In this document: one piece after another, positions 10,777-18,552 of the stretch | How the letters are laid out: the number at the start of each line of letters is the position of its first letter | Numbering within the stretch: the stretch's first letter is position 1 | DNA from: Patescibacteria group bacterium | Lineage (GTDB): Bacteria > Patescibacteriota > Patescibacteriia > JAHIZJ01 | Assembly (NCBI GenBank): GCA_028714495.1 | Contig: JAQTMH010000005.1 | Span: 32,840 to 96,839, forward strand | DNA: 64,000 nt | Direction: 5' to 3' | Translations under genes and position numbers: made by a program | Notes under the pieces: model-generated | The model's database searches: none | What the model was told of the DNA's origin: nothing | Seen by the model: the letters and a program-made list of their open reading frames with translations, nothing else

Positions 10777-11829
10777 ATGCCTATCAACGTAGCAATTATC
10801 GGAACAGGAAACTGCGCTAAAAGCCTTGTTGAGGGTGTGGCTTTCTATTCTAAAAACAAAGAGGACAAAACTGGTTTAATGAATCCGCATATTGGAAAGT
10901 ATCACCCTTCTGATATCTACTTTGTCGCTGGCTTTGATATTGATGAAAGAAAAGTAGGTAAAAAATTACACGAAGCACTCAATGCGGAACCAAACAAAAC
11001 TGTTAAAATTGCAGACGTTCCTGAATATGACGTCATAGTGCAACGTGGCCCAACCTGTGACAGCGTTATTCCTGAACTTCGAGAATATTTTATCCATGAA
11101 AGCGACGAACCCGTTGCTGACGTTGCACAGGTCCTCAAAGATTCTGGTGCTGAAATCGTCATCAACTATCTTCCGACCGGCAGCGACAAAGCTACTTATG
11201 CGTACGCGGAAGCGGCTCTAATTGCTGGCTGTAGTTTCATTAACTGTATGCCTACACCAATAGCTAAACATCCGGAGTGGCAAAAAAAATTTGACGACGC
11301 CGGGCTTGTTTTGATGGGAGATGATATTAAGAGCCAATGCGGTGCTACAATTGTTAATCGGGTTTTGCTCAATCTTTTAAAAATGCGCGGTATTCGTATT
11401 ACAAAGTCCGAACAAATAAATTATGGTGGTAACTGCGACCACTTTAATCTGCATTACAGGCCTGAAGCCAAAGAAGCATCAAAAGAATCTGCTCTAAACA
11501 GCGTACTTAATCCCGACGACGCAAAACCCTCTGCTCGCATGGTTTATACTAAAAATAACTACGACCACAAACAAGCCAAAATTAAAATGGAAGGCGAAAT
11601 GTTTGGGCACATTCCTGTTTCCATTGATCTCACACTTGAAGACGAAGATAGTCCGAACAGTGGCGGCGTCGTCAATGACGCAATTAGAGCCGCTAAATTA
11701 TTAGTAGAGAATAGAAGGCCATACCTAGCCAAAGAATTGTGCGCCTTTTTATTCAAAGCCCCACCAGCGCAGTTTCCTGACACAGAAGCATTGCAAAAGT
11801 TTAGAGAGATTATCAAATCTTTAGAGTAA
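10777..11829 (+). CDS. ino1: myo-inositol-1-phosphate synthase (cassette 1)
   Basis: VAIIGTGNCAKSLVEG, FDIDERKVG, INYLPTGS, GDDIKSQ, GGN.D, DSPNSGG. Confidence 0.9.
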   Translation: MPINVAIIGTGNCAKSLVEGVAFYSKNKEDKTGLMNPHIGKYHPSDIYFVAGFDIDERKVGKKLHEALNAEPNKTVKIADVPEYDVIVQRGPTCDSVIPELREYFIHESDEPVADVAQVLKDSGAEIVINYLPTGSDKATYAYAEAALIAGCSFINCMPTPIAKHPEWQKKFDDAGLVLMGDDIKSQCGATIVNRVLLNLLKMRGIRITKSEQINYGGNCDHFNLHYRPEAKEASKESALNSVLNPDDAKPSARMVYTKNNYDHKQAKIKMEGEMFGHIPVSIDLTLEDEDSPNSGGVVNDAIRAAKLLVENRRPYLAKELCAFLFKAPPAQFPDTEALQKFREIIKSLE

Positions 11830-11853
11830 CGACCGCGCCAATTTCTCAACATC

Positions 11854-11917
11854 GTTTAACAGCGTCTATCCGCCATCCGCCCTGGGCGGACAGGCGCATG
11901 AGACGCAAACGTTGTGC
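11854..11917 (+). mobile_element. attC site 1
   Basis: GTTTAAC...GTTGTGC, 64 bp imperfect hairpin (GCGTCT/AGACGC, CGCC/GGCG, TCCGCC/GGCGGA) just after the ino1 stop. Confidence 0.88.
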
Positions 11918-11943
11918 GAAATTCCATTTTTACTAATAAAACT

Positions 11944-12441
11944 ATGCTCATAGGATTAGCTGGGTTGCCGGCGTCCGGTAAGACCTCGATTGCAAAACAA
12001 CTTGAGAAATATGGGTTTCAAAACCTTTCAAGGGATCATTTTATCTCCTCGTTATTTAATCCCGTCCACTATAGCTCGCGCAAGCAAAAAGATATCGCAT
12101 ACAAAGCCATGATGCTTGTCGCCGAATATCACTTGAGAAGCAACCGTAAGGTTGTCCTCGATTGTCCATCGTTTAGTCAAAGGTGGGCCATCAAACTTGC
12201 GCAGGAAACCGCACGAAAGACGAGATCGAAATTTAAACTCATCTTTCTTACCTGCCCCGATCATACAGCGGTACACAGAATCCGCTCATCAAAAAATCAC
12301 ACCGCAACTGACCGGACACCGGCACTCTACTTCAACGTAAAAAAACGTTTCCAACCTCTCACTGTGCGACATGCTGTTATACGGACAGATCGGGCGATCA
12401 AGGACACGATGATCGATATTATCCAGTATTTGAAAAAGTAA
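11944..12441 (+). CDS. P-loop kinase, AAA_33/gluconate-kinase-like (cassette 2)
   Basis: GLAGLPASGKTS Walker A, SRD, VVLD, R...R lid; ATG 11944. Confidence 0.8.
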   Translation: MLIGLAGLPASGKTSIAKQLEKYGFQNLSRDHFISSLFNPVHYSSRKQKDIAYKAMMLVAEYHLRSNRKVVLDCPSFSQRWAIKLAQETARKTRSKFKLIFLTCPDHTAVHRIRSSKNHTATDRTPALYFNVKKRFQPLTVRHAVIRTDRAIKDTMIDIIQYLKK

Positions 12442-12453
12442 AAATGAAACTTC

Positions 12454-12519
12454 GCACAACAGCATCTATACGCCATCCCGTCGGATGACGGGGCAGCGTA
12501 TGAGACGCAAACGTTGTAC
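12454..12519 (+). mobile_element. attC site 2
   Basis: GCACAAC...GTTGTAC, 66 bp; TTCGCACAAC is the exact reverse complement of the cassette start GTTGTGCGAA (11911). Confidence 0.9.
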
Positions 12520-12537
12520 GAAATTGTCACACACACT

Positions 12538-13050
12538 ATGATTACAGCAGATGAATTTAAAAAATTAATAGATTTTGCCTTTGAGGCCTATCAGATAAAC
12601 AATACATCTGGCCAAGAATATAGGCAAAATGGAAAAGTGCCTTATATCATACATCCGCTTTGGTGTGCTTCAATGCTAATTACCGACACTAGAATTCCCT
12701 ATGAGGAACGAGAAAAAGGCTTTAAAGCACTTGTATTGCATGATGTACTTGAAGACACGAGCATGCAATTTCCAGACTGGGTTGAGCCAGATGTTAAAGA
12801 GATTGTAAAGGAATTAACTTTTGAAACTTCTGACCATGCTTTGGCTTCTATTCAGTCCAAGTCAATTAATATAAAACTCCTCATGCTAGTTGACGGCTTG
12901 TCTAGTATGTATGAGGAGCATGTCTGGCCTCAAAGGCGAAATAAATGGAAGGCCATGATGGAGATTGTAGTTAAAGAAGTTGAGGAACACTATGGAAACA
13001 TTCGAGTTGTTCAGTTGGCGAAATCCATAATTGAAAATACTAATTGGTAG
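12538..13050 (+). CDS. HD-domain hydrolase, Mesh1/small alarmone hydrolase-like (cassette 3)
   Basis: YRQNGKVPYIIHPL...LHDVLEDT...IVKELT matches the RelA/SpoT-type HD fold. Confidence 0.75.
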   Translation: MITADEFKKLIDFAFEAYQINNTSGQEYRQNGKVPYIIHPLWCASMLITDTRIPYEEREKGFKALVLHDVLEDTSMQFPDWVEPDVKEIVKELTFETSDHALASIQSKSINIKLLMLVDGLSSMYEEHVWPQRRNKWKAMMEIVVKEVEEHYGNIRVVQLAKSIIENTNW

Positions 13051-13068
13051 TGTGTTTGTGACAACATC

Positions 13069-13149
13069 GTACAACAGCGTCTATCCGCCATTCCCTGCCT
13101 AGGCAGGCAGGCGCTAGCGCTCCACGCCGCATACGCCGAAACGTTAGAT
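13069..13149 (+). mobile_element. attC site 3
   Basis: GTACAAC...GTTAGAT, 81 bp; left arm AACAGCGTCTATCCGCCAT identical to attC1; TCGTACAAC complementary to the cassette start at 12513. Confidence 0.85.
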
Positions 13150-13207
13150 GAGACGATGACCAAATAAAAAATATCATTAAAAAAACAAAAGAAGGAGGTG
13201 ATAAACA

Positions 13208-13357
13208 ATGTGTGAATGGTGTAATACTACAGTGTACTGTGGCTGTCCTAAACCCGAAGACAGCATTACAAAATGTGGGTGCGAAAAAGGTGTAAACTGC
13301 GCTGTCTGTGGCCACAGTCCAAGAAAGGAAGAGAAAGAAAAACCTGAAGAAAAGTAA
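13208..13357 (+). CDS. 49-aa Cys-rich metallothionein-like peptide (cassette 4; not in ORF track)
   Basis: Strong SD AAGGAGGTG; translates MCEWCNTTVYCGCPKPEDSITKCGCEKGVNCAVCGHSPRKEEKEKPEEK (8 Cys). Confidence 0.75.
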   Translation: MCEWCNTTVYCGCPKPEDSITKCGCEKGVNCAVCGHSPRKEEKEKPEEK

Positions 13358-13479
13358 ACCCGCGAGATTGAAGTTATGGCATAACCTACTGGTGTGGTTG
13401 TAATTCTTTTGCTTAACCAAATCAGTCCATCATTACCAGATAGGCCGCGCAATTCTACCGCCTCCATTCCGTCGCAACT

Positions 13480-13528
13480 CCCGCCAGAGGCGGGCAGGTC
13501 GGCTAGCCCGAAACGTGTTATCGGAAAT
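13480..13528 (+). mobile_element. Partial attC (right arm only)
   Basis: CCCGCC-AGA-GGCGGG loop, CGGCTAGCCCGAAAC-GT-GTTATCGGAAAT; no matching left core. Confidence 0.55.
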
Positions 13529-13575
13529 ATCAACTACTACATTATTAACTTTATAAATTTAATTTTTTATTAACT

Positions 13576-13737
13576 ATGATAAACAAATACGGTAATTTAA
13601 TAGCTGCAATAAGTTTTTTTATCGCGGCTATTTGTATGTTTATTTCAGATGCGCACAGTAAAGCTATCTTTACAGCGATGTTTGGTGTGCTTGGGATAGT
13701 AAATATGGTTATCTTTGCAACTAACAAAAAGAAATAA
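13576..13737 (+). CDS. 53-aa two-helix membrane peptide (cassette 5; not in ORF track)
   Basis: MINKYGNLIAAISFFIAAICMFISDAHSKAIFTAMFGVLGIVNMVIFATNKKK; in cassette position and orientation. Confidence 0.6.
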   Translation: MINKYGNLIAAISFFIAAICMFISDAHSKAIFTAMFGVLGIVNMVIFATNKKK

Positions 13738-13831
13738 TACAAAAAAACCGTAGTTTGGTGGTCGATCAATGGATGTCGAACATTGTAAAATTAATACTAA
13801 ACCGGCTATCAATGCCGATAAAATGGGCAAA

Positions 13832-13863
13832 AACTTCAGATACAAATAAACGTTAGCTGAAAT
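13832..13863 (+). mobile_element. Partial attC (right arm only)
   Basis: AACTTCAGATACAAATAAAC-GTTAGCTGAAAT shares the AAAC/GTT-N4-GAAAT junction consensus. Confidence 0.5.
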
Positions 13864-13883
13864 AATAAAAATTAATATAAAAT

Positions 13884-14249
13884 ATGGAAAAAAATATTAG
13901 CAAGGGTTTGTTCTGGACGCCAAGAATTCTAGCAATGATATTCATCCTCTTTTTAGCCTTGATGTCGCTGGATGTTTTTGGGCCGGGGCAAGGTTTTTGG
14001 CAAACAACTGAAGCTCTTTTTACGCATAATTTGCCCGCTCTCGTTTTGCTTGCGGTCTTACTAATATCTTGGAAATATGAAATTGTCGGCGGGGTCGGTT
14101 TTATTCTGGCTGGATTAGTTTACATCGCCTTGCTAATGAGAAGCCCGTTTGAATGGTATAAGCTGTCCTGGGCCATGCAAATTGCCGGAGTTGCTTTTCT
14201 GACAGGAGCATTATTTCTCGCGGGTTGGTTTAAAAAAAGACACAAATAA
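13884..14249 (+). CDS. Four-TM membrane protein of unknown function (cassette 6)
   Basis: 121 aa, four hydrophobic segments, WTPRIL..LMSLDVF..HNLP. Confidence 0.8.
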   Translation: MEKNISKGLFWTPRILAMIFILFLALMSLDVFGPGQGFWQTTEALFTHNLPALVLLAVLLISWKYEIVGGVGFILAGLVYIALLMRSPFEWYKLSWAMQIAGVAFLTGALFLAGWFKKRHK

Positions 14250-14254
14250 TTATT

Positions 14255-14278
14255 ACATGCGATAATACGGGCTAGCCG
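14255..14278 (+). mobile_element. Partial attC (left arm only)
   Basis: ACATGCGATAAT-A-CGGGCTAGCCG; CGGGCTAGCCG is the exact reverse complement of 13500-13510. Confidence 0.5.
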
Positions 14279-14353
14279 GTTCCGTGAAAGAGATGAAATT
14301 TATTTTACAAAATTGAAGAGCCCCTTGATGTGATCGCGGGGCTCGGCTGAGGG

Positions 14354-14683
14354 TTAGGCAGACGGTACGGGTTCGATGATCTCAAACACTCCATGGCGAT
14401 GAGTCGTCACATACAGAGCCTTGAACCTGCGGGATCGGTGGTTTTTCTCGAAGTAGCTGCCCTCGATTTCCCACGAATCCCCGTTGCGATTGGCGCGACG
14501 ACAGCCAATGACCATAGCCTCGATCCGGCCGTCGAAGACGGGTTCCGGAATGTTCACGGCTTCTGCGCTAGCATCGACCGTGAACCAAACAGTATGTTGG
14601 TGCTTCCGGTCGTCTGCGAATAGCGCGGTCATGAGGTCGAACTTCGACGGTCCGCCACTGATCGAAATCACTGGGTTAGCCAT
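14354..14683 (-). CDS. Hypothetical protein (GC-rich orphan)
   Basis: ORF with SD AGGAGGGG, own promoter, downstream GAGCCCC/GGGGCTC hairpin. Confidence 0.7.
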   Translation of the reverse strand: MANPVISISGGPSKFDLMTALFADDRKHQHTVWFTVDASAEAVNIPEPVFDGRIEAMVIGCRRANRNGDSWEIEGSYFEKNHRSRRFKALYVTTHRHGVFEIIEPVPSA

Positions 14684-14797
14684 ACAGTAACCCCCTCCTT
14701 TTAAAGGAGCTGCTCCTGAACAGGGCAGGAGCTCCCTCTGATCCAGTCATGCGACCAGACGACCTACCCATACGGATAGGAATTATCGAACCAAAGG

Positions 14798-14826
14798 ACT
14801 ATAGTTCAGTTTGAAGAAAATGTCAA
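14798..14826 (-). promoter_or_regulatory. Sigma70-type promoter
   Basis: TTGACA-17-TATAGT on the minus strand. Confidence 0.75.
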
Positions 14827-15013
14827 GGTGTGTACAATAATCAGAAATTTCGCCTCTTTCGCTTCACCCAAATTGCTTCTTCATTCCGGCGGTACTTCGA
14901 TCCGATCGATATTGTTCCGCCTATAGAATACTAGTTATTAAGATAATTTACCGATTTAACAAAACCTTCATTTTCCGGTATAATTTACGGGAAAGTTTTA
15001 TTATTAGTTTAAT

Positions 15014-16150
15014 ATGGACAACAAACTACTTTCCTGGATTGAAATAGATAAATCCGCGCTTCTAAATAATTTAACCGCTTTTAAAAAATTAGTCGGCTCA
15101 AAAGTCGAAGTAATGCCGATTATTAAAAGCAATGCCTACGGTCATGGCTTAATTGAGGTTGCGAAGATTTTCGCTCCAAAGAGCAATTGGCTGGGGGTTG
15201 TTAACCTTGATGAAGCGTTATTACTTAGAAAAAACAGAATTAATAACAAGATTTTTGTTTTGAGCTATTTTGATGAGAAAAAATTATCATCGGCAGCCGG
15301 CAAAAATATAGTTTTCCCGGTATATACTCTTGAAATGGCTAAAATGATTTCCCTGGCTGGATTAAAGGCGAGAAAACGAATACCAGTTCACATAAAAATC
15401 GACGTAGGCACTTCCAGGATTGGAGTTTTGTCAAACGAAGCAGTTAACTTTGCCAAAAAAATTAAGAAATTGCCAGGCTTGGAAATCCAAGGCGCTTTTT
15501 CACATTTGGCTGATTCTGAAAATTTCGACCAAAGCTATACCAACAAACAAATTAAAACTTTTCAAGAAGCCATTCGTACGCTTGAAGAAAATGGTTTCAA
15601 TTTGCGCTACAAACATCTGGCTTGTTCAGCCTCAACGATCATTAACCCGCGATCGCGATTTGACCTGGTACGCGTTGGAATTGGCCTTTATGGCCTCTGG
15701 CCCTCAAAAGGCGCTAAAGACCTGTTTAAACGGCATTTAAACGGCTTTAAATTGATTCCAGCGCTATCTTGGCACACCAAAGTAATACAAATCAAATCCA
15801 TACCCGAGAGAACCAATATCGGTTATGGCTGTACGTATAAAACCAAAAGGCTTACTAAGCTGGCTATTCTGCCTATTGGCTATTGGGATGGCTATGATAG
15901 AAAATTATCAAATAAAGGCGAGGTCTTAATAAGTGGCAAGCGAGCTAAAATTCTTGGCAGAGTTTGTATGAATATGATGATGATAGACGCAACTGACATA
16001 CCAGGTGTCAGAGCAGGGGATAGGGCAATGTTAATCGGCGGGCAAGGCAGAGAATATATCAGCGCTGAAGAGCTTGCTGAAAAAGCCGAAACGATTAATT
16101 ATGAAATTGTAACGCGGATCAACCCGCTTATTCCGAGAATCGTGGTATAA
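15014..16150 (+). CDS. alr: Alanine racemase
   Basis: IIKSNAYGHG PLP motif, HIKIDVGTSRIG, IGYG, GRVCM. Confidence 0.95.
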   Translation: MDNKLLSWIEIDKSALLNNLTAFKKLVGSKVEVMPIIKSNAYGHGLIEVAKIFAPKSNWLGVVNLDEALLLRKNRINNKIFVLSYFDEKKLSSAAGKNIVFPVYTLEMAKMISLAGLKARKRIPVHIKIDVGTSRIGVLSNEAVNFAKKIKKLPGLEIQGAFSHLADSENFDQSYTNKQIKTFQEAIRTLEENGFNLRYKHLACSASTIINPRSRFDLVRVGIGLYGLWPSKGAKDLFKRHLNGFKLIPALSWHTKVIQIKSIPERTNIGYGCTYKTKRLTKLAILPIGYWDGYDRKLSNKGEVLISGKRAKILGRVCMNMMMIDATDIPGVRAGDRAMLIGGQGREYISAEELAEKAETINYEIVTRINPLIPRIVV

Positions 16151-16208
16151 TCATTTTCCTAAATTTTTACATTTTGAAATATTAATTTTGAATTATTTTG
16201 CGACACTT

Positions 16209-17357
16209 ATGGTCGAAAGAAAAAAAATAACCGTAGGCGTAATTTTCGGGGGACAGTCTGGGGAGCATGAGGTTTCTTTGGTTTCGGCAAATTCCGTGAT
16301 AAATTCCCTGGATCGAAAAAAATATCAGGTCATACCAATCGGTATAACAAAAAGCGGGCATTGGCTGATGGGACCAGACGCCTTGAAATTCTTACGAACA
16401 GGTCAGGGTGTCAATTTTCATCATGAAAGCATCATTCCTGAAAGTAACCAACAGGCGCTAGTTCCTATTAAAAAATCAATAAGTAAGCTGTCCCAAACAC
16501 AAAAGGGCATTTACCAAGGCAGGCTAGATGTCGTATTTCCCGTGCTTCATGGGCCATACGGCGAAGATGGAACTATCCAGGGGCTGTTTGAGCTGTCTGA
16601 CATACCTTATGTTGGCGCCGGGGTTCTAGCCTCGGCTTGCGGCATGGACAAGGTGGTAATGAAAGCTCTATTTCGTCAATCAGGCATACCCACGCCTAAA
16701 TATATCGGCGTTATCCGACACGATTTTGAGAAACATAAATCACAAATTATTAAAGAGATTGAAAAACACATTGGCTATCCAAACTTTATCAAACCAGCCA
16801 ATCTTGGTTCAAGCGTGGGCATATCAAAGTCCAAAAATCGCGCGGGCTTGGCTAGGGGAATCAGACAGGCTTTCAAATACGACCGCAAGGTGATTATTGA
16901 AGAGGCGATTACGGGGCGAGAAATTGAATGTTCGGTCATGGGCCATAACGAGCCGATTGCTTCTTTGCCCGGGGAGGTAAAGTCAAATCGCGAGTTTTAT
17001 GATTACCAAGCCAAATATATTGATGGATTATCGGAGATTATACTGCCCGCTCCATTGACGAATCGGCAGGTTAAACTTATTCGCGATCTCGCTATCCAGG
17101 CTTTTAGATCAATTGATTGCTCGGGTTTGGCCCGGATAGATTTTTTCCTCGAAAATAAAACAGGCAGAATTCTGGTCAACGAGATAAATACCATGCCCGG
17201 TTTTACCGATATCAGCATGTATCCAAAGCTCTGGGAAATCACCGGTTTGCCGTATCCAAGGCTCTTAGATAAATTGATTGAACTAGCGATATTTCGTCAT
17301 CGTGAGAAGTCGTTAATCAAAAAATCGTTTAAGCCGTCTAAAAACTGGTATGTTTAA
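16209..17357 (+). CDS. ddl: D-alanine--D-alanine ligase
   Basis: [41 protein letters not shown]. Confidence 0.96.
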   Translation: MVERKKITVGVIFGGQSGEHEVSLVSANSVINSLDRKKYQVIPIGITKSGHWLMGPDALKFLRTGQGVNFHHESIIPESNQQALVPIKKSISKLSQTQKGIYQGRLDVVFPVLHGPYGEDGTIQGLFELSDIPYVGAGVLASACGMDKVVMKALFRQSGIPTPKYIGVIRHDFEKHKSQIIKEIEKHIGYPNFIKPANLGSSVGISKSKNRAGLARGIRQAFKYDRKVIIEEAITGREIECSVMGHNEPIASLPGEVKSNREFYDYQAKYIDGLSEIILPAPLTNRQVKLIRDLAIQAFRSIDCSGLARIDFFLENKTGRILVNEINTMPGFTDISMYPKLWEITGLPYPRLLDKLIELAIFRHREKSLIKKSFKPSKNWYV

Positions 17358-17362
17358 AGAGT

Positions 17363-18412
17363 ATGCAGGATAACTGGGAATCCAATAGGAGATTTATTAC
17401 CAAAAAGCTGGTTTACCGCAATCCATATTTTCCGCGTGAATCAGCTCCTGATCGCCGCAAAAGGCACCGCAAACTCTGGACTTTTTTGGGTTTGATAATA
17501 TTTGGGGCAGTCGTTTATTTTTTGATATTCTCGTCTTTATTTCGGATCAAGAATATTCAAGTTACCGGAGGGACAGATGATCGAATTTCTAGCATCAGAA
17601 GTTTAACTAATGATTACCTAGACCATAAGACTCTGGGCATATTTCCACGGGACAACTGGTTGATTATATCAACGTCTAACCTCAAAAGTGCGTTAGAGCA
17701 GGAGATAGTCAAAAAAATCAGTCTGGAGTATCTAAAAGTTACCAAACGCTTTCCCAGATCCCTGATAATCGATTTTAAAGAACGGACCGCCCAACTCATT
17801 GTCCAGTCCAATAGCCGGTCATACCTGGTTGATAATCAGGGAGTTGTCGTTAGTGAACAATTTCTTACCGAAGAAGTAAAAACCCAAGATCAAAATAACG
17901 TCAACGCGACGGAACAAACCAAGTCGCCATATCCGATTATCCGGCATGGGAAAAAGGAAACAATTTCTATCGGCCAGCAAATATTTCCATCAGCCTTGGC
18001 CCAGGCCATTCTCGAAGTGAATCAATTGTTTACTGACCGCTTTGAAGATCTGCTGATTGATCACTTTGAGACCATTTATCGCGAATGCGTGAAAATTGAA
18101 CCCACAAAACCGACAAATACAAATAAAAACGCCAACAGCAACGCGAATACCAACGAGAATGCAAATACGGAGATAAATGAAAATACCAATGCTTCAATTG
18201 ACGATAGTGAAGATGAAGAGTGCGTTGATCAGCCAATAACCGAATTCAGCCTGGTAACGCCAGATGGCTTAATCATTTATTTTAGTAGTACGCTTTCAGT
18301 TGTTGAACAAATAAACTCCTTATCCATGAGTTTGAATGATAAACTAAAAAATATGGTCAAGGATCTAAAATATATCGATCTTCGCTATATACCCAGGGTA
18401 TACTATAAATGA
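17363..18412 (+). CDS. FtsQ/DivIB-like POTRA protein with Asn/Thr-rich insertion
   Basis: TM, FRIKNIQVTG, KRFPRSLIIDFKER, C-terminal YIDLRY; follows ddl. Confidence 0.7.
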   Translation: MQDNWESNRRFITKKLVYRNPYFPRESAPDRRKRHRKLWTFLGLIIFGAVVYFLIFSSLFRIKNIQVTGGTDDRISSIRSLTNDYLDHKTLGIFPRDNWLIISTSNLKSALEQEIVKKISLEYLKVTKRFPRSLIIDFKERTAQLIVQSNSRSYLVDNQGVVVSEQFLTEEVKTQDQNNVNATEQTKSPYPIIRHGKKETISIGQQIFPSALAQAILEVNQLFTDRFEDLLIDHFETIYRECVKIEPTKPTNTNKNANSNANTNENANTEINENTNASIDDSEDEECVDQPITEFSLVTPDGLIIYFSSTLSVVEQINSLSMSLNDKLKNMVKDLKYIDLRYIPRVYYK

Positions 18413-18552
18413 GCTAATTAACGATAAATAACACCTGGCGCCTCAAATTGTATATTGTGCGACCCATCAATCATTGGTCCAGAGCATTCCCCTAACTGTA
18501 GTAATCGTTGCCTAAACATAAAACAGACCCTTGCCAGGCCTGTTTTTAATTC

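Noticed and set aside
11849-13150. CRISPR array from the repeated AACAGCGTCTATCCGCCAT
   Set aside because: Repeats are separated by whole genes and are attC arms; no cas genes
13040-13845. Minus-strand ORFs listed in the track across the distal array
   Set aside because: They cross attC sites and are antisense to better-supported short plus-strand ORFs
18110-18195. Low-complexity AAY-rich tract as a repeat element
   Set aside because: In-frame Asn/Thr-rich linker of the FtsQ-like protein
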